A stretch of DNA of 17,985 bases from Nitrosopumilales archaeon (GTDB taxonomy: Archaea > Thermoproteota > Nitrososphaeria > Nitrososphaerales > Nitrososphaeraceae), in assembly GCA_044507735.1 (NCBI GenBank), contig JBIQJB010000035.1, forward strand, positions 1 to 17,985, read 5' to 3'. The translations under genes were made by a program, and so were the position numbers. Positions 7,556-16,851 of the stretch are shown here, one piece after another. Every line of letters begins with the position of its first letter. The first letter of the stretch is position 1. Under the pieces are notes generated by a model, which was not told the DNA's origin, made no database searches, and saw only the letters and a list, made by a program, of their open reading frames with translations.

Positions 7556-8581
7556 CTAGTACAACGCTCTTGCTACGAGCTCTGTGAATTCCGTAGTTGA
7601 CAGACTGCCGCCAATATCCTTTGTCTTTTTCCCTTTTCTCAGTACATCGACGATGGCGTCCTCGATGCGCTTTCCTTCCGTTATCGCGTTCTTATCGCCG
7701 TGCTTGTCACCCAACCACTCCAACATCATCTTTGCTGACAGCATTATTGAAGATGGGTTTGCAGCATTCTTGCCTGCGATGTCAAATGCTGCACCGTGAA
7801 CGGGCTCGAAGAGTGCGAATTGTTCGCCAATGTTGGCTGCAGGCCCCATGCCAAGGCCGCCAACTACTTGAGCCGCCTCGTCTGATAGGATGTCGCCAAA
7901 GAGGTTGGTCGTGACGATAACATCGAACTCTTCGGGGTTGCGGATCAAGTTCATTGAACACGCATCCACATAGAGCTCGCTGTATTGTATCTCGGGGTAT
8001 TTCTTAGCAACATCCTTGCACGTGGCGGCAAAGAGCCCGTCTCCTTTGCGGAGCACATTTCTCTTGTGCACTGCGACCACCTTGCGCTTGTCATTGCGGA
8101 GCATCGCAGTCTTGAAAGCGTATTCCGCTATCCTGCGGCTAGCTCGTTCTGACGTCACTCTGAGAGCCACAACAGTACTTTCATCTGCGTTAAACTCCCA
8201 GCCCAAGTAAACGTCTTCTGTATTCTCTCTGACGGTAACAAGGTCAACATTATCAGATAGGCAAGGGATGTTTGGGTATGACTTGGCGGGCCGAACATTT
8301 GCGTAGAGGTCAAACATCCTCCGGAGCACGATTATGACGTCGGCGGCGCTTTCGCCTACCGGTCCCTTCAAGCATGCCTGTGACTTCTTTATCGTGTCGA
8401 CAGTCCATTCAGGCAGCGCCTTGCCGTGCTTGGCCAGTGCACCATCCCCAGCGTCCACTTCGCTTATATCAAATTTCGTAGAAGACCTGTCACTGATTGT
8501 TTCAAGGATTTTCTTTGCTGCAGAAATCTGCTCCGGACCGATCCCATCGCCCCTAATTAGGGAAATATTGTATCTTGCCAA
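7556..8581 (-). CDS. leuB: 3-isopropylmalate dehydrogenase (isocitrate/isopropylmalate dehydrogenase family)
   Basis: GDGIGPE, LYANVRP, VRENTED, NLFGDILSDEAA and FEPVHGAAFDIAGKNAANP motifs; lies directly downstream of leuA. TTG start. Confidence 0.88.
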   Translation of the reverse strand: MARYNISLIRGDGIGPEQISAAKKILETISDRSSTKFDISEVDAGDGALAKHGKALPEWTVDTIKKSQACLKGPVGESAADVIIVLRRMFDLYANVRPAKSYPNIPCLSDNVDLVTVRENTEDVYLGWEFNADESTVVALRVTSERASRRIAEYAFKTAMLRNDKRKVVAVHKRNVLRKGDGLFAATCKDVAKKYPEIQYSELYVDACSMNLIRNPEEFDVIVTTNLFGDILSDEAAQVVGGLGMGPAANIGEQFALFEPVHGAAFDIAGKNAANPSSIMLSAKMMLEWLGDKHGDKNAITEGKRIEDAIVDVLRKGKKTKDIGGSLSTTEFTELVARALY

Positions 8582-8605
8582 TCAGATCATCATCTGTCTG
8601 TCTTT

Positions 8606-10126
8606 CTAGCTCTTAGAATATAGAGTCTGTCTTAGCAGCACCTTGTTTATGGCGTCCATCATTGCCTGCACGGACGCGACGACGATGTCTTCCCCAGATT
8701 TCGTCGCAGAGACGATGTTCCCGTCCTTGTCCTCCACCTTGATGGTAACGACAGCCAGAGCATCAGAGCCGCCTGCGATAGAATCGAGCATAAAGTCCCT
8801 TATCTTGATGTTGGCCATTTCGCCAGCTATTTTTTGTATCGCCTTGAGTGCTGCATCCACAGGTCCAACTCCTGTTTCAGCGGCTATGAGGTCCTTGCCG
8901 TTAGCATTGAGCCTGATGACTGCCGTGGGTATCGCGTTCATACCTGTAAAGATGTTGAAGTCATAGAGCTTGAACTTTTCCTCAAACTTGCTGTTGCCCA
9001 TTATCTCGCCGGCAATTGCTAGTAACTCCGAAGTCGTTATTGACTTGCCTTTGTCGGCGATGTTCTTTTGCTTATCTACTATCTGTCTTAGCTGCTCGTC
9101 TGTTGGTTTGATTCCAAAGTCCTCTAGCATTGCCCTTATGCCGTGAGCGCCGGCGTGCTTGCCTGCCTGAAGCCATCTTTTCCTGCCAACAAGCTCTGGC
9201 GGTATCGGCTCGTATGTAAGTGGGTTGTTGATGACTCCGTGGGTATGGATACCAGACTCGTGGCCAAATGCATTTTCTCCTATAATGGCCTTGTTCGGCT
9301 GGACAATGATTCCCATCGTGTTTGACACGAACCTCGAAGTCTCATAGATAAGCTTGGTGTTAATGTTATGCTTTTTGTTGTAGAGGATCTCTAGTGCCAT
9401 CACAAACTCTTCAAGCGACGCGTTGCCTGCCCGCTCTCCGAGCCCATTTATTGTTACATGTGCGCATGCCGCTCCAGCATTTATACCCGCGATCGCATTG
9501 GCGACGGCAAGCCCAAAGTCATTATGGCAGTGCATGCTTATCGGAAGGTGAGTCACGCTCTTGACATCCCTCACAATCTCAGCCATATATTCCGGTGTCC
9601 TGTAGCCGACTGTATCGGGTATGTCTATCCTATCGGCGCCAGCCTCTGTGACTGCCTTGAACACCTTTAGCAAAAACTGCCGGTCAGACCTCGTTGCGTC
9701 TTCAGCAGAGAACTCTACTTGCATGCCGTGCTTTTTCGCGTATTCAACTGCTCTGACTGCCCTCTCCAACACCTGCTGTGGCTCCATCTTGAGCTTGTAC
9801 TTCATGTGTATGTCTGACGTGGCGATGAATGTGTGGACATAACCCAAATCGCACTTTATCGCAGCGTCAATGTCGGTTTCGGCTGCACGTGCCAGGCCAC
9901 AGATCTCCGCCTTCAATCCCTGTTTTGCTATCGTCCTAACTGCCTGCATTTCCCCTTGTGAAACTATTGGAAAGCCGGCCTCTATAGCGTCGACTCCAAG
10001 CTCATCTAGCTTTATTGCAATTTGGACCTTTTGTTCAGGTGCAACAGTCACACCAGGTGTCTGCTCACCGTCCCGGAGAGTGGTGTCAAATATCCTCACC
10101 TTGTCGTTATTATTGCGGTTGTTCAT
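8606..10126 (-). CDS. leuA: 2-isopropylmalate synthase (LeuA/CimA family) with C-terminal regulatory domain
   Basis: IFDTTLRDGEQTPG, HTFIATSDIH, EFSAEDATR, HCHNDFGLAVAN, NGLGERAGNA, HESGIH and GVGPVDA motifs. The start overlaps the ilvH stop (TAATG). Confidence 0.9.
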   Translation of the reverse strand: MNNRNNNDKVRIFDTTLRDGEQTPGVTVAPEQKVQIAIKLDELGVDAIEAGFPIVSQGEMQAVRTIAKQGLKAEICGLARAAETDIDAAIKCDLGYVHTFIATSDIHMKYKLKMEPQQVLERAVRAVEYAKKHGMQVEFSAEDATRSDRQFLLKVFKAVTEAGADRIDIPDTVGYRTPEYMAEIVRDVKSVTHLPISMHCHNDFGLAVANAIAGINAGAACAHVTINGLGERAGNASLEEFVMALEILYNKKHNINTKLIYETSRFVSNTMGIIVQPNKAIIGENAFGHESGIHTHGVINNPLTYEPIPPELVGRKRWLQAGKHAGAHGIRAMLEDFGIKPTDEQLRQIVDKQKNIADKGKSITTSELLAIAGEIMGNSKFEEKFKLYDFNIFTGMNAIPTAVIRLNANGKDLIAAETGVGPVDAALKAIQKIAGEMANIKIRDFMLDSIAGGSDALAVVTIKVEDKDGNIVSATKSGEDIVVASVQAMMDAINKVLLRQTLYSKS

Positions 10127-10665
10127 TATGGCTCAACCCCTCTTGGAAGCGCAGATACGCCTGTCCTTGAAATCTGCGCAATACCATAATGTTCTACCAG
10201 ATTCTTAAACGCATCTATCTTGTCTGGGGTCCCGGTTATCTCTACGGTTATCGTTTCCTTGCCGATGTCAAGTATGCTGCCCCTAAAGATGGTAGCATAG
10301 TTAATTATCTCACTCCTCGTAGTAGGGTCGACAGCTTTCATCTTTATCAGCGCAAGCTCTCTGTAGACTGTCTTGCTAGTATCGAGAACCTTTACTTCTA
10401 CGACATCTATCAGCTTCCGCAACTGTTTTACCAACTGGTCAAGCGTACGCTCATCACTATTGGTTGTGATCGTCATCCTTGAAAGATCCTTCTGCTCAGT
10501 CGAACCCACAGTTATGCTTTCGATGTTGAAATTGCGAGCGCGGAAAAGGTTAGTCACCCTGAAGAGAACACCAGGTTTGTTTTCCACAAGAGCAGTCACA
10601 ATGTGCCAGGACCCTTTTGGATTATCAGTATTTGTTGATGTTGCTGTAGCGGTACTACTCACCAA
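10126..10665 (-). CDS. ilvH: Acetolactate synthase small (regulatory, ACT-domain) subunit
   Basis: LVENKPGVLFRVTNLFRARNFNIESITVG, QLRKLIDV, RELALIK and RTG motifs; lies downstream of ilvB. Confidence 0.95.
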   Translation of the reverse strand: MVSSTATATSTNTDNPKGSWHIVTALVENKPGVLFRVTNLFRARNFNIESITVGSTEQKDLSRMTITTNSDERTLDQLVKQLRKLIDVVEVKVLDTSKTVYRELALIKMKAVDPTTRSEIINYATIFRGSILDIGKETITVEITGTPDKIDAFKNLVEHYGIAQISRTGVSALPRGVEP

Positions 10666-10670
10666 ATCAA

Positions 10671-12359
10671 TTACGCTCCTGTTATCATATCCTTGAGGCC
10701 GCTACCGGGGGCTACGAATGGATATACGTCTTCGTCAGGATCTATAGGGATATCTATCACGGTGGCGACGTCACTCTTTATCGCCGTCTTGATCGCCTTT
10801 TCGAGCTCCTGCATCGATCCCACCCTTATGCCCTGCGCGCCATACGCTTCTGCAATCTTGACATAGTCAGGACAGTTGTGTTGGTGTACTCCGCTATAGC
10901 GCCTGTTGTAGAATGTGCGCTGCCATTGCGCCACCATGCCAAGCATGTAGTTGTTCATAAGAAATACAATAACAGGCAACTTTTCAAGCACGGACACTGC
11001 AAGAGAGTTCTCGGTCATGTTGAACGAGCCGTCGCCGGCAATGTCCACAACCGGTACATCCGGAGCAGCAGCCTTTGCTCCTATCGACGCAGGGAAGCCA
11101 AAGCCCATCGTGCCAAGCCCTGTCGAACTAAAGAAGGTGCCTGGCGAAATTACGTCAAAGTGAAGCGAGGCCCACATCTGGCATTGACCTACTTCTGTGG
11201 TCACAATACCTTTTGCAGGCAACAATTCACGCAACTTTTTCAGCGACTTCTTGGCCGTGATCTCTCTTGGATAGTCCTTGAGAGTCTCAGAGTAATACTG
11301 TATTAGCTCCCTCCTGCGCTTGAGCCAAGGGTTGTCCGGCGACCTCTTGGCTATTTTCTTTGAGAGCATCTTGACGAGCGTGCGGAGCGATGACTTGACG
11401 TCGCCTACAAGAGCCACATCCACGGATTTGTTCTTCCCGATTTCGGCAGGGTCGATATCCATGTGGATTATGCTCATGCCCTTGCCAAATTCATCGAATC
11501 GTCCTACAGACCTGTCGGAGAACCTTGCGCCGACCGCCACAATGCAGTCTGCCTCAACAATTATCTTGTTGGCCTCCGCATGTCCATGCATGCCTATCGG
11601 GCCCATTGCAAGTGGATGATTCTCCGGGAATGCACCCTTGCCCTTGAAAGTAGTAACCACAGGTATCATAAGCAGCTCGGCCAACGCCTGAAGTTCCGAG
11701 AATGCGCCAGAGAGAATCACACCTCCGCCAGCCATTATTATCGGCCTCTCGGCCTTTACAAGAATTTCAACAGCCTTGCTCATCTCGCGAAGGTCGGCAT
11801 CTACAACAGGGTTGTATCCTCGCACCTTGATGAGGTCGGGGAACTTCATGTCTGCGGTGGCCTGTTGCACGTCCTTCGGAATGTCTACCAGCACAGGCCC
11901 GGGTCTCCCGCTCTCAGCTATGTAGAATGCTTTCTTGACCATCTCGGGGATCTCATTTGCCATTCTTGGTTGGAATGCATATTTTGTGCACGGATTGGCA
12001 ACTCCGATGATATCTGTCTCTTGGAATGCATCTTTCCCTATCATGTTGAGCGGCACTTGGCCAGTAACGGCCACAATCGGTGACGAGTCTGCATATGCGG
12101 TAGCGATGCCTGTAATCAGATTAGTTGCTCCGGGGCCCGAGGTCGCAAAACAAACGCCGGCCCTTCTCTTTATCCTTGCATACCCGTCAGCCATGTGGGC
12201 TGCAGATTGCTCATGTCTGACAAGCACGTGTCTCAAGTTTGCATCTACAAGAGCATCATATATCGGAAGATTCGCTCCTCCAGGAAGTCCAAAGACTACA
12301 TCTGTCCCTTCCTTCTCGAGGGCCTGTATCAAGGCCTTTGCGCCAGTCATTTCAACCAA
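10671..12359 (-). CDS. ilvB: Acetolactate synthase large subunit, biosynthetic type
   Basis: VFGLPGGA, RHEQSAAHMADGYAR, TSGPGATN, GRPGPVLVDIPKD, GLGTMGFG and the TPP motif GDGSFNM...NN. The start is TTG 12359 (GGTGA SD at 12373-12369) or ATG 12350. Confidence 0.97.
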   Translation of the reverse strand: MVEMTGAKALIQALEKEGTDVVFGLPGGANLPIYDALVDANLRHVLVRHEQSAAHMADGYARIKRRAGVCFATSGPGATNLITGIATAYADSSPIVAVTGQVPLNMIGKDAFQETDIIGVANPCTKYAFQPRMANEIPEMVKKAFYIAESGRPGPVLVDIPKDVQQATADMKFPDLIKVRGYNPVVDADLREMSKAVEILVKAERPIIMAGGGVILSGAFSELQALAELLMIPVVTTFKGKGAFPENHPLAMGPIGMHGHAEANKIIVEADCIVAVGARFSDRSVGRFDEFGKGMSIIHMDIDPAEIGKNKSVDVALVGDVKSSLRTLVKMLSKKIAKRSPDNPWLKRRRELIQYYSETLKDYPREITAKKSLKKLRELLPAKGIVTTEVGQCQMWASLHFDVISPGTFFSSTGLGTMGFGFPASIGAKAAAPDVPVVDIAGDGSFNMTENSLAVSVLEKLPVIVFLMNNYMLGMVAQWQRTFYNRRYSGVHQHNCPDYVKIAEAYGAQGIRVGSMQELEKAIKTAIKSDVATVIDIPIDPDEDVYPFVAPGSGLKDMITGA

Positions 12360-12420
12360 TTTTATTTTTCACCAAATTTCTCTCTGCAAACGCCTGCTCG
12401 CCTGCTAGACAGGGTTTGCT

Positions 12421-12480
12421 CTAGGCAAGTCTCAGTAGAACCAGAACATGAACCTTGTGTTCCCTGTCAGCCCTAGGCAT
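12421..12480 (-). CDS. Putative leader peptide of the ilv-leu operon, MPRADREHKVHVLVLLRLA (19 aa)
   Basis: ATG CCT AGG GCT GAC AGG GAA CAC AAG GTT CAT GTT CTG GTT CTA CTG AGA CTT GCC TAG. The ATG is 24 nt after the TATA box, at the predicted transcription start. Seven of codons 10-18 are Val or Leu. The ORF ends 61 nt before ilvB. Confidence 0.72.
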   Translation of the reverse strand: MPRADREHKVHVLVLLRLA

Positions 12481-12504
12481 TTTTGATGAATTGCACTAAT
12501 ATAA

Positions 12505-12512
12505 TTTATAAA
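12505..12512 (-). promoter_or_regulatory. TATA box of the leader-ilvB-ilvH-leuA-leuB operon
   Basis: Consensus TTTATAAA; predicts a transcription start near 12480-12482. Confidence 0.7.
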
Positions 12513-12580
12513 GTTAACGTCCATTAAGGCAGATAATCCGGTATCTCTGAAGGTCACAAACGCCGAAAGCCGCACCATTT

Positions 12581-12595
12581 ATGCAATAATTGCAA
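12581..12595. promoter_or_regulatory. Palindromic operator-like site (Lrp/AsnC-like)
   Basis: ATGCAATAATTGCAA with a perfect TGCAAT-A-ATTGCA dyad, about 70 nt upstream of the ilv TATA box. Confidence 0.4.
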
Positions 12596-12934
12596 TGCAT
12601 TTCCAACTTTCGTTGACCAGCTAGCTTGGCATTCGTATGGATGATTATCTGTTTGTTGATAATAACTGGTTTTTAGTCACAAATCGAGATTGCGAAAAAT
12701 GAGGAAAAACTCGTGCAAGCGATACCATCCTTAGAATTGTGCGCCACTGCTCACGCAAACTCCAGCAGTGGTGAGAAACAGAACGCCTGCCCAAAAGCCG
12801 GTCACCCAACCGGGGCTGGCCACTAGGGCTTGTTATCCTATACAACATCAGCGGGTGACTTTACTGCACTGGGCCGAAAGCAGCACACATACTATCCATA
12901 ACCTGAGAAGGTTAAAGTCAGTTTATTAGACTGT

Positions 12935-13372
12935 GTGCTCAGACAGAACATCAGATTGGTTGCTTCAACTACTGATTCTGCTAAGGTACGTGACCTGATT
13001 TACGACTATTTTCAACTCGCTAAGACTAAAGAGATTGAAAAGATAGAAGAGTTTCTGGATCCAGGTTTTACCAAGTTCGGCGATTCGCCCCCGTACGACC
13101 GGCGGGACTTTGAGCGCGCCCTAATGCTTGAGCAGCTTCAGTTTGCGAGCTTGTCCGACTACGACTTCAAGATCGAAGACATGAAGACAGAGATAATGGG
13201 AGACGCTGCGATTGCGACATTTGTTTTGCAGATAACGGGCATGATTGTAGACGACTATAGCTTTCGCGGAACAGCAATCAACAACAGATCAAGGGCGACT
13301 GTCGTCCTGAAAAAGGACAAAAACGGTCGGTGGAAAATAATCCACCAACACCTGTCAAAACTTGTGGTCTAG
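12935..13372 (+). CDS. SnoaL-like / nuclear transport factor 2 (NTF2) family protein
   Basis: An N-terminal helix followed by beta strands with the typical pattern GDAAIAT...SRATVVLKKDKNGRWKIIHQHLS. The start is GTG 12935 or a slightly downstream TTG. The stop overlaps the convergent aldolase stop (CTAG). Confidence 0.88.
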   Translation: MLRQNIRLVASTTDSAKVRDLIYDYFQLAKTKEIEKIEEFLDPGFTKFGDSPPYDRRDFERALMLEQLQFASLSDYDFKIEDMKTEIMGDAAIATFVLQITGMIVDDYSFRGTAINNRSRATVVLKKDKNGRWKIIHQHLSKLVV

Positions 13373-14214
13373 TCGAACGATCCGGATTGGCTTACTGCCT
13401 TTAGAACCTTTGATTCTTTGTGCTCAGGCTCTTTCTCCTTCTCTTTCAGGAAAATGCCGTACGCTTCCTTGTGATCAGCATTCTTGTGGACAATCGCGCG
13501 TATGGCCTTTATCATGGCCACAGGGTAGTCGGACTGCCAGATGTTCCTCCCCATGTCAACGCCTACTGCACCGTGTGTGATCGAGTCGTATGCAAGCTTT
13601 AGTGCATCGGGCTCAGGTAGCTTCTTGCCGCCTGCGATTATTAGCGGGACGGGACAGCCCTCAGCTACCTGTTCAAAGTTTTCGCAATAGTACGTCTTTA
13701 CAATGTGAGCGCCTTGTTCTGCAGCAACCCTGCATGCAAGACCCAAGTAACGGGCATCGCGGCCCATTTCTTTTCCGACCGCAGTGACTGCCAGAACAGG
13801 AATTCCGTACTTTTCTCCTTCGTCCACGAGCTTGGCCAGGTTTGCAAGCGTTTGGTGTTCATACTTGCTTCCAACAAAAATTGAGAGCGCAAGGCACGCT
13901 GCGTTTAGCCTTATTGCTTCTTCAATAGAAACGGTGATAGTTTCCTTGGAAAGATCCTCTCCAATGATGCTCGTACCACCAGAGACTCGAAGCACTATGG
14001 GCACGTCAGTTGTAGGTTCAACCGATGTCCTCAACACGCCTCTTGTAAGCATCAGAGAGTCTGCATAGGGCAGAAGCGGCGCTATTGTCTTTCTCGGGAC
14101 TTCGAGCCGTTCTGTCGGACCCAAAAAGTAGCCATGGTCAACTGCGAGCATAAGGCAGCGGCCGTCTTCGGGGCGAATTATTCGAGATAGCCTGTTTTTC
14201 ATTCCCCAGTCCAT
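13369..14214 (-). CDS. lsrF: LsrF-like DhnA-family class I aldolase/thiolase
   Basis: MDWGMKNRLSRI, MLAVDHGYFLGPT, Schiff-base Lys in GAHIVKTYY, IAGGKK and GVDMGRNIWQS, all characteristic of the LsrF subfamily. Confidence 0.85.
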   Translation of the reverse strand: MDWGMKNRLSRIIRPEDGRCLMLAVDHGYFLGPTERLEVPRKTIAPLLPYADSLMLTRGVLRTSVEPTTDVPIVLRVSGGTSIIGEDLSKETITVSIEEAIRLNAACLALSIFVGSKYEHQTLANLAKLVDEGEKYGIPVLAVTAVGKEMGRDARYLGLACRVAAEQGAHIVKTYYCENFEQVAEGCPVPLIIAGGKKLPEPDALKLAYDSITHGAVGVDMGRNIWQSDYPVAMIKAIRAIVHKNADHKEAYGIFLKEKEKEPEHKESKVLKAVSQSGSFD

Positions 14215-14244
14215 AAACTATCGGAGTCTAAGGGCCTCTCTAAT

Positions 14245-14257
14245 TATTTATAGTTTC
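14245..14257 (-). promoter_or_regulatory. BRE-TATA promoter of the lsrF-like gene
   Basis: GAAAC-TATAAATA on the minus strand, 30 nt upstream of ATG 14214. Confidence 0.65.
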
Positions 14258-14367
14258 TACGGCACCTGCTTGTTTCAAGACCGATCTTGCGCTCGCATCC
14301 TGTTTTTCCCTTGTCAGATAGTATTGTAGGAACCGAAAGACAACACGAGTGATGAACTGGGCCGTTC

Positions 14368-16167
14368 CTAGTTCGTCGCGGGAAGCGTAAACGTGAACCT
14401 GGCTCCAACCCCACAAGGATTGTTCTCTCCCCACATCTTGCCGCCATGCGCCTCGATCACGTTCTTTGAGACGTAGAGGCCCAGACCTGTGCCCGACTCC
14501 GACTTTGAGACAAACCTGGTAAACAGTTTTGGCATTATCTCTGGGTCAATGCCCTTGCCCGTATCCATGATTACAACCTTGGCGAAATCCCCTTCCCGAG
14601 TGAGAGTAATATCTATCGCACCCTCCTTTGTGAACTTGATCGCGTTTCCGATTAGGTTGGCGAGCACTTCGTAAATCCTTGTCATATCGGCCTCCACAAA
14701 GAGCGGCGGCCCCGGAAGAAAGTTGATGGTTACGCCTTTAGCAAGCCCTGTCTTCATGTCCCTGACCGTGTTCAGGATCTTTTCATTCATGTCAAATCTT
14801 TCTTTATTTAGGACAAGTTTGTTGCTCTCTATCCTCGTTACATCCAGGATGTTTTGCGTCAATTTTTCGAGCCTCTTTGCATTGCGTTCAAGCATCTTGA
14901 CTTCTTCTCTTGACATTAGCACCCCTTCAGCCTTCTCGGATTCTGACCTGTCCTTCAACAGCTCTGCTATCCCGAGCAGTGGCTGTACTGGCGTGCGCAG
15001 CTCGTGAGCCGCGATGTTGATAAAATCGCGTTGCATCCTGTCGTGTTCGTCGAGCTGTTCATTTGCCCTTTCGAGCTTTATGTTAGATTCTATAAGGGAC
15101 TCGTTTGTTTGCCTCAGCTCACCGGTCTTTTCCTCCACAAGTCTTGCGAGCCTCTTATTTGAAGACACCGTCATGAGGACTACTGCTCCGGCTATTGCGC
15201 CTACTGCAACGATAAATATGGTATTGAGTGTCCTCTGGCTGTCTATGATTGGGGTTATTTCTTCGTCAAAGGTATGGACTGACAGGATGTAAAGCATTGC
15301 AAAGTCTATGCCATCTATTTGCACGCTTTGATATGCAAGCGTCATGCTAGCACCTCCGGTGCTGATGTCCTCGAAGCCATCCTGCCCTTGCAAGGAGCGC
15401 CTCAAGAAATCGATAATCTGCCCGCTTATGTCTTGCGGGAGCTGCGAGCGATATTCTTCTGTGAAGACATTCATCCCGATCTGTGACTCGTTTGAGGCAT
15501 AGTGTATTGTACCGGTGCGATCTACAAGACCCGTAGTGCTCTGGAAATCAGAAGATATCTTAGACTGGAGGAACCGGCCGACATTGATCGGCTGGACAGA
15601 TGCGACAATTGCGCCTTCAAATTCACCATTGCCGCTTAATACAGGATACGAAATGAAAAACCGCGGGCTACCATCTAGCGAGCTGATCACGCTCGTGATG
15701 TAGGGTTGAAGTGTCTGCTTTGGAACCTGAAAATATGGTCTGTCTGTCCTATCTGTTCCCGCAAAATGCTGATACAAAGTTCTGTTTGTAAAAGAACTTG
15801 ACCAGAGCAGCTTGCCTTCACGATCAAGCCACAAGTAACTATCTGTTATATCCTTTGTAGATTCTTGGGCAGCTGCCATGGTAAATTGTGCGCGGGACAC
15901 TTCTTGGGCATGGACAGATGAAGAGTTTGCTATGATCTTAAGGTTAGCCATCACTGACTCCATCCTGACCCTTAGTATCTCCGAAAGATCGTGTGCGGCT
16001 ATCCGGGAATTTTCGTGTACCTCTTCAATCGCGTTCCGTTCCACTGCGTCAGCCACGTAGCTTGAATAAGAGTACGAGGCGACGGCCGTGGACACTACTG
16101 CCACAATGACTATCGGAATGACAATGGCGTCTGTTCCCGTCAACATGCGCCCAAAGTGCAAGTCCAC
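14368..16167 (-). CDS. Membrane sensor histidine kinase (TM, dCache, TM, coiled coil, HisKA, HATPase_c)
   Basis: Two hydrophobic helices flank a Cache-like domain (WLDREGKL, DRPYFQ, PYIT, GEFEGAIVA). H-box FINIAAHELRTP, N-box NLIGNAIKFT, G-boxes DTGKGI and GTGLGL. The start is GTG 16167 or ATG 16146. Confidence 0.95.
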   Translation of the reverse strand: MDLHFGRMLTGTDAIVIPIVIVAVVSTAVASYSYSSYVADAVERNAIEEVHENSRIAAHDLSEILRVRMESVMANLKIIANSSSVHAQEVSRAQFTMAAAQESTKDITDSYLWLDREGKLLWSSSFTNRTLYQHFAGTDRTDRPYFQVPKQTLQPYITSVISSLDGSPRFFISYPVLSGNGEFEGAIVASVQPINVGRFLQSKISSDFQSTTGLVDRTGTIHYASNESQIGMNVFTEEYRSQLPQDISGQIIDFLRRSLQGQDGFEDISTGGASMTLAYQSVQIDGIDFAMLYILSVHTFDEEITPIIDSQRTLNTIFIVAVGAIAGAVVLMTVSSNKRLARLVEEKTGELRQTNESLIESNIKLERANEQLDEHDRMQRDFINIAAHELRTPVQPLLGIAELLKDRSESEKAEGVLMSREEVKMLERNAKRLEKLTQNILDVTRIESNKLVLNKERFDMNEKILNTVRDMKTGLAKGVTINFLPGPPLFVEADMTRIYEVLANLIGNAIKFTKEGAIDITLTREGDFAKVVIMDTGKGIDPEIMPKLFTRFVSKSESGTGLGLYVSKNVIEAHGGKMWGENNPCGVGARFTFTLPATN

Positions 16168-16454
16168 CGCGCGATCACCATCCGGACATATTTGACGTTA
16201 TTAATTATTCAAGGAGACATTATACGTGAGATTCTTCTATAGACTCAATGCAGGCACCGTGCAATAGTTTGAAATCGCAGCCGCAACAAATTCTGCGCCT
16301 TCACAGGATGAGTCCGTTTCTCCGTCTCTTGCTGGGAACAAGACGGAATAACAATAGGTATCTGCAAGATCGTACCTTTTGTAAACTCATGTTCGAGTTC
16401 CTCTGTTGGGTCACTTGAATTCTAGCTATCAGAATATCTTCTTGTTTTTCAAAG

Positions 16455-16803
16455 ATGGTCAAGAGTGCGAATAATTTCTATTGGTTGTTCGCTATATCGA
16501 CATCAGATAACAGAAACATGAGATACACCGGTGCGACAGATAGCAGTGGCAGGAACTTTGTTGTAGGTGAAAATCATAGACAGATCCAAATCCTATGATA
16601 ACTGCAATTAAGACAGTATATCTTGTTCAGAGCGCAGTCGGCAACAGCAGGGGCGCCGCCGGCCCCTTTGCCATCAGCAGCATGATTTACTTGCTACACA
16701 TGAAGGAAGAAGGGGCCCAGGTCAGCTGGGACATCACATTGCTGAAAAGCTTGCGACCGTTGTGCAGTTACACAGGATAGATAGTAATTCGAATTTCGAT
16801 TGA
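16455..16803 (+). pseudogene. Possible decayed roadblock/profilin-like (DUF6659-type) gene
   Basis: Protein-like fragments in different frames: 16455-16598 ...DNRNMRYTGATDSSGRNFVVGENHRQIQIL*, then 16595-16780 MITAIKTVYLVQ..., then GHHIAEKLATVVQLH...*. The family resemblance is judged from memory only. Confidence 0.25.
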
Positions 16804-16851
16804 CCTCTTGGTCTACTGCCATCCAATTATCGCAAAAATACCAAGAAGCAC

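Noticed and set aside
7584-12476. Plus-strand ORFs antisense to leuB, leuA, ilvH and ilvB, including the 206-aa ORF 11463-12083
   Set aside because: Antisense shadows of conserved enzymes.
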